Shown: in pieces, positions 12,813-24,793 of the stretch
Position numbering within the stretch: the stretch's first letter is position 1
Layout of the letters: each line of letters opens with the position of its first letter
Origin: Octopus bimaculoides
Lineage: Eukaryota
Reading direction: 5' to 3'
NCBI RefSeq assembly: GCF_001194135.2
Contig: NC_069004.1
Coordinates: 34,702,370 to 34,736,582 of the forward strand
Length of the DNA: 34,213 bases
Made by a program: the position numbers and the translations under genes
Notes under the pieces: generated by a model
What the model was told of the DNA's origin: nothing
Seen by the model: only the letters and a program-made list of their open reading frames with translations
Databases searched by the model: none

Positions 12813-12860
<48 letters not shown>
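12130..12860. repeat. Long mixed alternating purine-pyrimidine tract (TA/TG/CA/CG)
   Basis: Read directly. Confidence 0.9.
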
Positions 12861-13614
12861 NNNNNNNNNNNNNNNNNNNNNNNNNNNNNNNNNNNNNNNN
12901 NNNNNNNNNNNNNNNNNNNNNNNNNNNNNNNNNNNNNNNNNNNNNNNNNNNNNNNNNNNNNNNNNNNNNNNNNNNNNNNNNNNNNNNNNNNNNNNNNNNN
13001 NNNNNNNNNNNNNNNNNNNNNNNNNNNNNNNNNNNNNNNNNNNNNNNNNNNNNNNNNNNNNNNNNNNNNNNNNNNNNNNNNNNNNNNNNNNNNNNNNNNN
13101 NNNNNNNNNNNNNNNNNNNNNNNNNNNNNNNNNNNNNNNNNNNNNNNNNNNNNNNNNNNNNNNNNNNNNNNNNNNNNNNNNNNNNNNNNNNNNNNNNNNN
13201 NNNNNNNNNNNNNNNNNNNNNNNNNNNNNNNNNNNNNNNNNNNNNNNNNNNNNNNNNNNNNNNNNNNNNNNNNNNNNNNNNNNNNNNNNNNNNNNNNNNN
13301 NNNNNNNNNNNNNNNNNNNNNNCATGCACAGCAACGTATGCGTATATATATGTGCATACATGTGCGCACATGTGGGTATTAAGTCGAAGCAGATAAATTT
13401 ATTAATAAATGGAGAGTAAATATTGGGTTAAAAGAAAAATCCTTGAATGGAAAAAAGTGGAACAAGTCTCGCGGGCAGCATTCCACTTTTACCATCCAAG
13501 GGTTTTTTTTTCTCATTCCATTATTTACATTATTATCATTATTATTATTATTATTACTATTTTCTAATTCGAATTCCTTCAAAAACGACGTAATATACGC
13601 ATGTACTCAGGCAG

Positions 13615-13665
13615 ATAGGTAGAATGATAGATAGATTGATAGACTGATTGAATGACAGACAGTCT

Positions 13666-13705
<40 letters not shown>

Positions 13706-13732
13706 CATACATACATACATACATACATACAT
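13615..13732 (+). repeat. Compound tetranucleotide microsatellite (GATA)n-(CATA)n
   Basis: Read directly. Confidence 0.95.
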
Positions 13733-13964
13733 AAGCAGATAGATATATTTCTTTATTAGCCACACAGGGCCGAACACAGAGGGGACAAAATACAATACAG
13801 AGCTTTTCTTTTCGATAGAAAAAGAAGAAAATAGAAAAAAAGGAGGAGAAAATATATGTCCGATCAGGTTGTCTTTCTCAAACAATTTTACCCACACCTG
13901 CCCAAACAGGTGTAGAGATATGGTCAGCCTTGACCATCAGAAGCAATTGCATAGCAGGCTTAGG

Positions 13965-14018
13965 CCAATCCTAATCACAAAGACTTATGATTAAAGGCGT
14001 TTCAGCCACGACCATCCC
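13965..14018 (+). mobile_element. Family D fragment
   Basis: CTTATGATTAAAGGCGTTTCAGCCACGACCATCCC resembles 26650 ATATGATCAAAGACATTCCAACCATGACTATC. Confidence 0.6.
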
Positions 14019-14139
14019 AACTTTTCAGAGGTATGTAAGGAACGTGAGCTCCTGTGTCGAGTAACCAGACTCGGTTTCGTTTAGTCTATAAATGGCCGAG
14101 ATCACAAAATACCCTGTTCTCCTGAATGAGACACCAGTC

Positions 14140-14296
14140 TGTTGCGGTGTTGTTACCTACTTTACAGCCGAGTGGACTGAACAAAAGTGAGATGACGTGC
14201 TTGCCCAAGAACACAATGTATCACCTTGTTTGGGATTCGAAACCGCGATCTTGTGATCACGAGTGCAACACTCAAACCAGAAGGTTATATGCCTTC
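14140..14296 (-). mobile_element. SINE family B, diverged
   Basis: CAGCCGAGTGGACTG...CAAGAACACAA...GGGATTCGAAACC matches the other B copies. Confidence 0.75.
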
Positions 14297-14349
14297 ACTT
14301 TTAGGAATATCTAGAACCACATTGACAACTGACCAGTCCCGTAAACCCT

Positions 14350-14560
14350 TGTGGGCCGTTGGGGAGTTGCGTCCATGCAGCATATCTATGACGGAGCTCA
14401 TCCTTCTCCAGGATAAACTCATTTCTACAGTTGAGTGGACTGCAGCAACTTGAAATGAAGTGCTTGGCTCCAGAACACAACGGATAGCCCGGTCCAGGGA
14501 TTGAAACCACAGTCTTACTGTCGTGAATCCAATACCTTAACCACTAAGCCAAGCGCCTCC
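14350..14560 (-). mobile_element. SINE family B with tRNA-like head
   Basis: Minus strand starts GGAGGCGCTTGGCTTAGTGGTTAAGG (A-box) ... GGTTTCAATCCC (B-box); body shared with 20535-20725. Confidence 0.88.
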
Positions 14561-15411
14561 ACATTGTCCCCCGAAAAAAACATCGGTGCCAGAGAGAAAA
14601 GTGAGACTTTCAATATAAGGGTAACGGATAGTTTTCCTCAAAATAAACTAATCAAGTCCTTCACACACATAAATACATGAGAACGTGGGCCATCTGAGAG
14701 CTTAGATACACAATATGACCAAGCAAATAGCAGGCATTATGTTGCCTTCTCTTTTTACGGCTGGAACTAAAGTCTCCGATGTTATCCTTCATTTTTAAAA
14801 CAGTAAAATATATTTTTATGGGTATTTGACTGTTGTTGTTAGCATTGCTCATGGTGATTTCCAGCGATGACGAATCCGTCGGTGTTGTGGTTCCAGGAGC
14901 GATGGGGGGATGGAGGGTCAAGTGTTTTTTTTTTTTTTTTCATGTGAGTTTAAATGTCGAACATGGAAGGAGTGGGGTCGGTGGCGGTGGAAGAAAAGGA
15001 AAAGGGCAACGACGNNNNNNNNNNNNNNNNNNNNNNNNNNNNNNNNNNNNNNNNNNNNNNNNNNNNNNNNNNNNNNNNNNNNNNNNNNNNNNNNNNNNNN
15101 NNNNNNNNNNNNNNNNNNNNNNNNNNNNNNNNNNNNNNNNNNNNNNNNNNNNNNNNNNNNNNNNNNNNNNNNNNNNNNNNNNNNNNNNNNNNNNNNNNNN
15201 NNNNNNNNNNNNNNNNNNNNNNNNNNNNNNNNNNNNNNNNNNNNNNNNNNNNNNNNNNNNNNNNNNNNNNNNNNNNNNNNNNNNNNNNNNNNNNNNNNNN
15301 NNNNNNNNNNNNNNNNNNNNNNNNNNNNNNNNNNNNNNNNNNNNNNNNNNGCGTCGGTTGAGGATCTGTTGTTGCTGTTGTGTCGCGCATGGCTTACAAC
15401 TCTAAGGGCAT

Positions 15412-15447
<36 letters not shown>

Positions 15448-15834
15448 GAGTGTGTGCATATTTATGAGAGCATGTGTGAGTTAAGGGTGGGAGAGGAGGA
15501 GGTGGAGGAGCGGGCAGGATGGGAAGGTGTGAAGATAGACGAAGCGAGAAAATCAAGCGACATTCCACACTGGATGAGTAACATTCCTTCATACAATGGG
15601 AGCTTAGAGATGAGATATTGAAGCGATGGAGTGCAGCGCCTTCATGACGTAGAGGTGTGTGTGTGCGTGTGTGTGTGTGTATGTATATATGTGTGTGTGT
15701 GCGTGTATCTATTTGCGAATATGTATTTGCATATATATCTTTACGCATATATTATATATATTGTATGCATGTATGTATGTTCATATGTATATATGCTCAT
15801 GTATATACATATACACACACACACACGATATAAT

Positions 15835-15866
<32 letters not shown>

Positions 15867-16495
15867 CACACATACACATACATCTACAGATATACATACA
15901 AACATACATAAATAAATATACAGATGCACGCACATACATATACATACACATCTATATGCACACACACTTATATCCACACATGCAAACATTGCATACATTT
16001 ATGCATATACGTGCATACACATACAAGAACATGACATACACAGGTGGAATTACACAATTTATGCATATACGCATGCATATATACCTATAGTGTGCTTGTT
16101 TATATAAGTACACACNNNNNNNNNNNNNNNNNNNNNNNNNNNNNNNNNNNNNNNNNNNNNNNNNNNNNNNNNNNNNNNNNNNNNNNNNNNNNNNNNNNNN
16201 NNNNNNNNNNNNNNNNNNNNNNNNNNNNNNNNNNNNNNNNNNNNNNNNNNNNNNNNNNNNNNNNNNNNNNNNNNNNNNNNNNNNNNNNNNNNNNNNNNNN
16301 NNNNNNNNNNNNNNNNNNNNNNNNNNNNNNNNNNNNNNNNNNNNNNNNNNNNNNNNNNNNNNNNNNNNNNNNNNNNNNNNNNNNNNNNNNNNNNNNNNNN
16401 NNNNNNNNNNNNNNNNNNNNNNNNNNNNNNNNNNNNNNNNNNNNNNNNNNNNNNNNNNNNNNNNNNNNNNNNNNNNNNNNNNNNNNNNNNNNNNN

Positions 16496-16572
16496 GGAAC
16501 GTGAGTTAGCTGGAAGCAATGTGGAGAAATAAGAGAGAGAGAGAGAGAGAGGGGGAGGAGGGCAGCAGCCAT
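16496..16572 (-). CDS. Weak candidate coding start MAAALLPLSLSLSLISPHCFQLTHV..., running into the gap
   Basis: AAAATGG context at 16572; the LSLS run comes from a (CT)n repeat. The same stretch also reads as a strong acceptor (TTGCTTCCAG|) before 16509. Confidence 0.15.
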
Positions 16573-16659
16573 TTTGCCGGATCCGTCGTCTTCTGGTTGA
16601 TTTGATCCCCTTTGCATGTCATCTGCCACCGTCCCTGGCGTCCATTTCTCCACGTCTGT

Positions 16660-16701
16660 CTGTCTCTCTCTCTCTTCTCCTCTCTGTCAGTCAGTGTGTC
16701 A

Positions 16702-16749
<48 letters not shown>

Positions 16750-16871
16750 AGTCCTCCGTCACTCGAAGTCTTTGTCTATCATTCTCTCTTTGTTCAACAC
16801 TGCCCCTCTCTCTCTTCCTTCCTCTCTCTCTCTCTGTTACACTTTCCCTTTCTCGCTTTCTCTTTCCCTCT
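16660..16871 (+). repeat. (CT)n/(CTGT)n pyrimidine tract
   Basis: Read directly. Confidence 0.9.
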
Positions 16872-18412
16872 NNNNNNNNNNNNNNNNNNNNNNNNNNNNN
16901 NNNNNNNNNNNNNNNNNNNNNNNNNNNNNNNNNNNNNNNNNNNNNNNNNNNNNNNNNNNNNNNNNNNNNNNNNNNNNNNNNNNNNNNNNNNNNNNNNNNN
17001 NNNNNNNNNNNNNNNNNNNNNNNNNNNNNNNNNNNNNNNNNNNNNNNNNNNNNNNNNNNNNNNNNNNNNNNNNNNNNNNNNNNNNNNNNNNNNNNNNNNN
17101 NNNNNNNNNNNNNNNNNNNNNNNNNNNNNNNNNNNNNNNNNNNNNNNNNNNNNNNNNNNNNNNNNNNNNNNNNNNNNNNNNNNNNNNNNNNNNNNNNNNN
17201 NNNNNNNNNNNNNNNNNNNNNNNNNNNNNNNNNNNNNNNNNNNNNNNNNNNNNNNNNNNNNNNNNNNNNNNNNNNNNNNNNNNNNNNNNNNNNNNNNNNN
17301 NNNNNNNNNNNNNNNNNNNNNNNNNNNNNNNNNNNNNNNNNNNNNNNNNNNNNNNNNNNNNNNNNNNNNNNNNNNNNNNNNNNNNNNNNNNNNNNNNNNN
17401 NNNNNNNNNNNNNNNNNNNNNNNNNNNNNNNNNNNNNNNNNNNNNNNNNNNNNNNNNNNNNNNNNNNNNNNNNNNNNNNNNNNNNNNNNNNNNNNNNNNN
17501 NNNNNNNNNNNNNNNNNNNNNNNNNNNNNNNNNNNNNNNNNNNNNNNNNNNNNNNNNNNNNNNNNCTACCACCGCACCTCATGAACCATCTCCACTGCTA
17601 CCACTACTGGTGACACTCCGTGACCACCACGACGACCAAAATTAAATAACTTCAACGCAATCAAAAACCCTCCACTGCTGTCACCACCACCGCTTTACCC
17701 CGCACTTCTACCACCACCGCCATCACCATCACCACCATCACCACCACCCCTTCCATCATCGGCACCACCACCGCCGCCACCACCACCATCATCGCCAAAT
17801 CCCCCTCAAATGACAGTCTTAGAAAATAAGGCAATGCATAAAAACCATAATGGATTCCTTGCACAATGGGAATCAGCCGTGACGGGCATGACGAGAACGG
17901 CTTCCATTGTACGTCTGCTCGCTCGAGGCTAGCCTGGGGTTAAATAACGCCGAGAAGAACGGCAACACTAAACACCAGCAGAGACGTAAACGAAGGAGGA
18001 CTTGTGTGGTCCTTCGATTTGCTAGAAATAGCAGTCAAATCTCTCACACACACACACACACAAAACCTGCTGCGAAAAAGCATGACGACAAATCGTAGAA
18101 AGCAATTCCACATAACCATAAAAAGACGGGATGGTCGTGGCAGGAATCGCGTTGATCTGCTCTATGAGGATTGAGCATGGGGTTAAACGACAACAACAAT
18201 CAAGACCCACCACCACTGCCGCCATCATCGTCTCCAAGACCAGCGCCAGCGACAACAAGAGCGACCACCGCTTCTCGCCAACGATTTATAAATGAATTCT
18301 TCAAATACAACTGCCGCTTTTCATTCATTTATATATTATTATTATTATTATTATTATACAACATAATATATGTGTGAGGGAGAAAGAAAATTTCATTTAA
18401 ATTTGGGAGTTT

Positions 18413-18463
<51 letters not shown>

Positions 18464-19644
18464 NNNNNNNNNNNNNNNNNNNNNNNNNNNNNNNNNNNNN
18501 NNNNNNNNNNNNNNNNNNNNNNNNNNNNNNNNNNNNNNNNNNNNNNNNNNNNNNNNNNNNNNNNNNNNNNNNNNNNNNNNNNNNNNNNNNNNNNNNNNNN
18601 NNNNNNNNNNNNNNNNNNNNNNNNNNNNNNNNNNNNNNNNNNNNNNNNNNNNNNNNNNNNNNNNNNNNNNNNNNNNNNNNNNNNNNNNNNNNNNNNNNNN
18701 NNNNNNNNNNNNNNNNNNNNNNNNNNNNNNNNNNNNNNNNNNNNNNNNNNNNNNNNNNNNNNNNNNNNNNNNNNNNNNNNNNNNNNNNNNNNNNNNNNNN
18801 NNNNNNNNNNNNNNNNNNNNNNNNNNNNNNNNNNNNNNNNNNNNNNNNNNNNNNNNNNNNNNNNNNNNNNNNNNNNNNNNNNNNNNNNNNNNNNNNNNNN
18901 NNNNNNNNNNNNNNNNNNNNNNNNNNNNNNNNNNNNNNNNNNNNNNNNNNNNNNNNNNNNNNNNNNNNNNNNNNNNNNNNNNNNNNNNNNNNNNNNNATG
19001 AAAATAAATGAAATAGTTGTGTTTCTTTGATGTCTGCTATTCAATTAAACTTGACATCGAGATGTTTTCATTTACAGATCTAAGATCATCCACCACTACC
19101 CCCCCCCATCGTCCATCGTCATCGGCAGAGCGGCAGCGACGACGACGACGACAGCAACCGCCCAGAATTTTATCATCATTGACAACAACTATTGAAATTG
19201 CAGCTTAAACAGCGAAAACAACATAGCAAAACATAAGTAATACAAGAGGGGAAAAAGAAGCGATATTTTTGTGTAGATGCATAAAAGCAGTTCAGTGATG
19301 GATCCATTGAGAGAACAAGGAATAAAATAAAAAGGAAAGGAGAGAAAAGCGACGCAGAAACTATGGAGAGAAGATGCTACTCTAGCGAAAATATGCGATT
19401 ATTGAACTGACTAGGGGAATTTGTGCGTAGTAAAAGCTAACCTTTGCTTAACGTAGCTCGTAAAATATCACTAAAATGAAACGAGTATTATTCTTAACTG
19501 TTCGCAAGAGTGTGAAGAGAGATTTTGAAGCTAGTTGCGGAATTTAGTTGTGGTTTAAGGTGATTGTCTTCTTCGTATAGTAAAACAATACAGTCTTGAA
19601 TGGTGTGAGAAAAGATCGGTTTAACTAAGATATTGTACTTGTCT

Positions 19645-19760
19645 AATACAGCGAAGAGTGGTTAGAGCCTCGGGGATAATGCTTTGCGTTATTTCTTCCT
19701 AATCTCTGCGATCCGAGTTCACTTCCCACCGCCGAGGTTAAATTTTGTTTTCCACCCATT
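19645..19760 (+). mobile_element. SINE family C, diverged
   Basis: GTTAGAGCCTCGGGGATAATGCTTTGCG...GAGTTCACTTCCCACCGCCGAGG aligns to the 26364 copy. Confidence 0.6.
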
Positions 19761-19989
19761 TTGCGGTGGACATAAAAGACAAAATCTACAGATTAAGAGC
19801 GTTGGAGGAAGAGTTAGAGTGAAGGGGGTTCTGGTAGCTGTTCCAGCTTATCGTGTTCTGACGATAACGTCGGTGCCGAGGCTGATGATGCTCGGCTGGT
19901 TCGGTTTACCGTTCATTTGATTAACATGTCTTTCCACACACACACACACACACACGTAAAAGTCTTCATTATTTCACTCTAAATTCCAA

Positions 19990-20055
19990 CTTTTACCCGT
20001 TTCAGTCATTAGACTACAGCCATGCTGAAGGCTTTTAGCCCAACAAATCGGCCTC
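19990..20055 (-). mobile_element. SINE family A 3' end
   Basis: TTTCAGTCATTAGACTACAGCCATGCTG matches 24343 and 33166. Confidence 0.75.
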
Positions 20056-20415
20056 TATTTTTTTCTTCTTCTTTTTAGCCTGGAATTTATTCCATCGATC
20101 CCTTTTTGACAAACCTTTACGAAACAACAGCTGTAGTAGGACGGACACTGACACGCACACACAATATATATATATTATTTTTTTTTTTCAAAAATTTGAA
20201 AATCCTACACGATTAGGTGAAAAGCNNNNNNNNNNAATCGGCCTCTATTTTTTTCTTCTTCTTTTTAGCCTGGAATTTATTCCATCGATCCCTTTTTGAC
20301 AAACCTTTACGAAACAACAGCTGTAGTAGGACGGACACTGACACGCACACACAATATATATATATTATTTTTTTTTTTCAAAAATTTGAAAATCCTACAC
20401 GATTAGGTGAAAAGC
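20046..20415 (+). repeat. Exact 180-bp duplication across a 10-N gap (20046-20225 = 20236-20415), probable assembly artefact
   Basis: Identical copies abut both sides of the gap. Confidence 0.9.
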
Positions 20416-20498
20416 GCTTTATATGATTTATAAAACATGTGACATATTAATAAAAACTGTAAATGTACAACCATCCAGATTTCTGAGTACCTTAATTT

Positions 20499-20534
<36 letters not shown>

Positions 20535-20536
<2 letters not shown>

Positions 20537-20725
20537 GGGGCGCTGCAGTCATGCAGCATATCTTCGACGAGAAAGCCTGGCAGAGTCTATTCCTCTCCAG
20601 GCTAAACTCATTTCTACAGCTGAGTGGACTGGAGCAACGTGAAATGAAGAGTTTTGATCAAGAACACAATAGATCACCCAGTGCAGGGATTGAAACCACA
20701 ATCTTGCGGTCGTGAGTCCAATACC
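20535..20725 (-). mobile_element. SINE family B
   Basis: AAACTCATTTCTACAGCTGAGTGGACTGGAGCAACGTGAAATG...GGGATTGAAACCAC...CCCTAACCAC. Confidence 0.88.
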
Positions 20726-20775
20726 CTAACCACAAAGCCACACGCACACACACACACTCACACACATACATACAT

Positions 20776-20938
20776 ACACGACTGACTTCTAATAGTTTCC
20801 GCCTACCAAATCCACTGACAAGGCTTCGGTCGGCCCGAGGTTATAGTAGAAGACACTCGTCCAAGGTGTCACGCAGTGGGATTGAACCCAGAATCATGTC
20901 GTCGAGAAGCAAACTTCTTACCAGACAGCCAGCACCTA
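20776..20938 (-). mobile_element. SINE family A head
   Basis: TACCAAATCCACTGACAAGGC...TAGTAGAAGACAC...CAGTGGGATTGAACCC...CTTACC is the reverse complement of the A head. Confidence 0.9.
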
Positions 20939-20994
20939 GATGTATTACGATTTTACATAAAATTTAAATATATTTTTACTCGTTTTTAAATTTA

Positions 20995-21230
20995 ACACTT
21001 TTATTCCATTGGTCTGTTTTGCCAAATCCGTAAGTTACGGATATGTAAATTATCGAATTTGGTTGTCAAGTGGTATGGGTGGGCTGGGGTTCAAACACAA
21101 AGGAAAACACACACATATACGACGGGCTTCCGCATAGTTTCCGTCTCAATCTCGAGGCTATACTAGAAGGCATTTGACCAAGGTGCTAGACAGTGGAATT
21201 GAACCCCAAACCATATGATTGCAAAACATG
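20995..21230 (-). mobile_element. SINE family A, diverged, body plus head
   Basis: TTTTGCC...GGTTGTCAAG...ATACGACGGGCTTC...CAGTGGAATTGAACCC. Confidence 0.8.
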
Positions 21231-21551
21231 TACCAACTGCTATTATGATTTTATACAGAGAATATGTGGAGTTTTTGTCGGAATGATTCAAACTAATAGG
21301 TATGCATTCTGAGAGCTCAGATAGGTGTGTCACCAAAATTCCAGTCAGAACAGCCGTTGAAGTTGTGGTTGTGCGAATGTCTTGTTCAAAAACGGTTATA
21401 AGTGGCATCCCTTTGAGTCAGTAGGTAATCTATATAATTTCATATATAATCTTATTATATATAACTATGATAATTTTGTAAATAATCTTTCGAGATACAA
21501 AAACATAAGATCAGAAATGCAAAAATGACAAAATGAGAATCAACAACAACA

Positions 21552-21552
21552 C

Positions 21553-21605
<53 letters not shown>

Positions 21606-21620
21606 GAATAAATAAATAAT
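21552..21620 (+). repeat. (TAA)n microsatellite
   Basis: Read directly. Confidence 0.95.
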
Positions 21621-22349
21621 AGTTATTGATTGCGCCGAAACTGACCGATCGATATTGTAGTGAAATCTTTCTCAAGATCTTTGTTTTGGTTTTACTTTAA
21701 CGAAAACCTTGAAACAGACAAAAGCAAAAGAAAGCAAAAAATGTTTTTCTAGTTAATTGCTCGACCTGTTCGATATATTTCCTGAATCTTTAACGATAAA
21801 CACCTGAATCCGTTTAAAAATGAAACGGACCGCCATTTTAAGTCGCCTTAACTGAAAGAGGTAGTTAGTGGCAAGAGGTGGTGGGGGTTGACTTTGTTCT
21901 GTCATACGAATATATTGTAGACACTCAGACACATTCAAATATACAGACACACAAAAATGAGACGCGAGATAAGAGGAAAGGAGGAACAACACTTGAAGTG
22001 AAGAACCAAGGAATGGTAAGAGTCAACCATCCTCTGCTCCTCACTCTATATCTCTCCAAATCAGAGAGTGTGTGTGTGTGTTTGTGTGGTGTGTGTGTGT
22101 TTGTGTGTTTGTGTAGTGTGTTTGTGTGGTGTGTTTGTGTGGTATGTGTATGTGTCTGTGTAGTGTGTGCGCGCGCACGCGTATCCACGTGCGTGTTAAT
22201 CAATATCTTGGACGAATGAACCTGTAGTTTCGATTTAATAATTAGTTTTCGAGAGAAATCTTACGTAACAGACGATGCGACTTCTGAAATATTTAATTAA
22301 TTAATGTTATATCAGAAATATACTCATAGATTTAGAGATCAGGAAATGA

Positions 22350-22650
22350 AGCCAGGTGTCTTAGTGGTTAGGGTAGCCTGCTAAAGATTATTAGGTCGCA
22401 AGTTCGATTCCGGGTGGCGCATTGCATCCTTGAGCAAGATGTTTTAATTCACGTTGCTCCAGTCCACTCAGCTCGCAAAAATGAGTTGTACCTGTAATTC
22501 AAAGGGGGCCAGTCTTATCACATTCTGTGTCAAGCAGAATTTCCCTGATAACTACATTAAGGGTACACGTGTCTGTGGAGTGCTGAGCCACTTGCACGTT
22601 AACTTCACGATATAAAATGGAAACCTCGTCGTCGTAACCGACGGAGTACC
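22350..22650 (+). mobile_element. SINE family B, near full length, with 3' stem-loop
   Basis: CTTAGTGGTTAGGG, GTTCGATTCC, CTCCAGTCCACTCAGC...AAAATGAGT; terminal CTC-GT-CGTCG-TAAC-CGACG-GAG hairpin at 22625-22646. Confidence 0.85.
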
Positions 22651-22852
22651 AGTTTTAGATAGGTCTCCATCAGGGGCCACTAGAGATTCAGGCCCAACAT
22701 TTGCTGTCAAGCTGAAGTTATGCGTGTCGTAAAATACACAATAAAAGTTCACGTTGTATCTGTATGGTTTCGTACTGGACGTCTTTCACGCAATGATTTC
22801 AACGTTTATATAAACAATCTATGGCAGGTACTGGTAGATTATATATATCTTT

Positions 22853-23190
22853 TACTTGCTGCAATTATTGGACTGCGGTTATGCTGAGGTACCATCTTCG
22901 AGGGTTTAGACGAAGAAATCACCCGCAGGAATTATTTTTGAAATCAGATACTTATTCTAGAAGGTTGTAAAAAAAAAAAAGAAAAAAAAACGGATGATTT
23001 TGGAGAAGCACACGCACGCACATACACACACAACAAGCTTCCACAGAGTTTCCGTCTACCAAATTCAGAGGCATTGATTGGGCCAGAAGCATAGTAGAAG
23101 ACACTTGCCCAATGTGTCACACAGTAGGACTGAACCCGCAACCATATGATTGGGTAACAAGCTTCTTACCACGCAACTACGCATGTGCTT
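22853..23190 (-). mobile_element. SINE family A, body plus head
   Basis: TTTACTTG...GGACTGCGG...ATGCTG and GTTTCCGTCTACCAAAT...TAGTAGAAGACACTTGCCCAA...GGACTGAACCC...CTTACCAC. Confidence 0.85.
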
Positions 23191-23362
23191 GATATATNNN
23201 NNNNNNNNNNNNNNNNNNNNNNNNNNNNNNNNNNNNNNNNNNNNNNNNNNNNNNNNNNNNNNNNNNNNNNNNNNNNNNNNNNNNNNNNNNNNNNNNNNNN
23301 NNNNNNNNNNNNNNNNNNNNNNNNNNNNNNNNNNNNNNNNNNNNNNNNNNNNNNNNNNNNNN

Positions 23363-23412
<50 letters not shown>

Positions 23413-24200
23413 TAGATATATACACATACACAGAGATATAAACATATATACACACACATACATATTTATATACAGGTATATATGTCTATATGACCAAACT
23501 TTTGTTATTACGCTAAATAGATTTAACTCTGAGATATTTTGAGACATCAATACACAACTGAAGATAATATTTTCGTGTATTCCTTTGAGTTCTAGAAAAA
23601 TCCTTTAACACAAGGAGTTATTATTATTATCATCATTATTATTATTATTACCATTACTGTTATTGTTGTTTTCATGTTATGTATTTTTCCAGTGAGAAGG
23701 CATAATAACAACAATAATTTCCTAAGTGCTTCTTAAAATATTTTGTTGTCTAATTTGGAATACCGAATTTTATCTCTAAAGAATTTTTATAAATCTAGGA
23801 AGTTGTACCAAAAGCAGACTTCTGATTTCGTTTCAACATTTGAATTTTACTTTTGGTAATAATAATTCTGGTTAAAAAAAAAAAAAAAAACTGTCCTCGA
23901 TGAACGGGGAAAAAAATACGTAGGAATCTATTTGCCCTTCACACGATTACTAGGAACATACATACAAGCCTAGATGTGCAATTATATGCCTGAGAATACG
24001 TACATAAAACAAAACATACACATCTGCACACACACACACACGTTACGTACATACATATATATATACACATACATACATAGAAACCAAAATGCCCTGTTGT
24101 CAATGTTGAAATTCCAACGAAGGAGCCTTGGATCTAGGTTAGAATCCGGCTCCTTCTCTATTGGCAAGAAATCTTGAAATAAAACTGAACAATGACATAC

Positions 24201-24236
<36 letters not shown>

Positions 24237-24268
24237 GCACACACACACACACACAGACACACACACAC

Positions 24269-24303
<35 letters not shown>

Positions 24304-24342
24304 TACAAGTAAGGCTCATATAATTTTATGTACGTTACATCC

Positions 24343-24483
24343 TTTACTTGTTTCAGTCATTAGACTGCGGCCATGCTGGGGCATGGACGAAGTATTTCAG
24401 TCGAATGACTCGACCCTTACACATTTTTTAAAGCCTGTTAGTCTATCGTCCGTTTTTGCCGAACCGCTAAGATACAGGGAAGT
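24343..24483 (-). mobile_element. SINE family A body
   Basis: TTTACTTGTTTCAGTCATTAGACTGCGGCCATGCTGGGGCA...TTTTTGCCGAACCGCTAAG. Confidence 0.9.
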
Positions 24484-24550
24484 NNNNNNNNNNNNNNNNN
24501 NNNNNNNNNNNNNNNNNNNNNNNNNNNNNNNNNNNNNNNNNTATATATAT

Positions 24551-24620
24551 ATTGAACCGGCTAAAGCCATGTGAGTGGATTTCATAAGTGAAAACAGAAA
24601 AAAGATCGCTATGATATATA
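24551..24620 (+). mobile_element. SINE family A head, 3' part
   Basis: TTGAACCGGCTAAAGCCATGTGAGTGGATTT resembles 11163 TTGAACCGATCAAAGCCTTGTGAGTGG. Confidence 0.7.
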
Positions 24621-24793
24621 TCCGTTAAATGCATCAGAAGCAGTAATTCGATTAAAATAGCCATAATAGACAGTTAGTTATTTTAATCAAATAGTATTTC
24701 TGTTGCATATAAAGAATTTTTATTCAGATGGGCATCTAATCGCAACCTCAGTGCTTTTTTCTATTACTGTTTTCCTTCCATATTAATAGCTGC

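Noticed and set aside
14485-14560. tRNA gene (also 26364, 27192, 11064)
   Set aside because: A/B boxes are present, but the sequence continues into SINE bodies and lacks a complete acceptor stem.
18020-18033. GCTAGAAATAGCA identical to the Cas9 sgRNA tetraloop (also at 29881)
   Set aside because: Only 13 nt match; the flanks belong to a native repeat tail, and that sgRNA loop is synthetic.
19096-19179. Signal-peptide-like MMIKFWAVAVVVVVAAALP on the minus strand
   Set aside because: The hydrophobic run comes from a (GTC)n repeat and the frame stops after 27 codons.
22552-22752. ORF ...ANVGPESLVAPDGDLSKTGTPSVTTTRF
   Set aside because: Short and overlaps the 3' end of SINE B.
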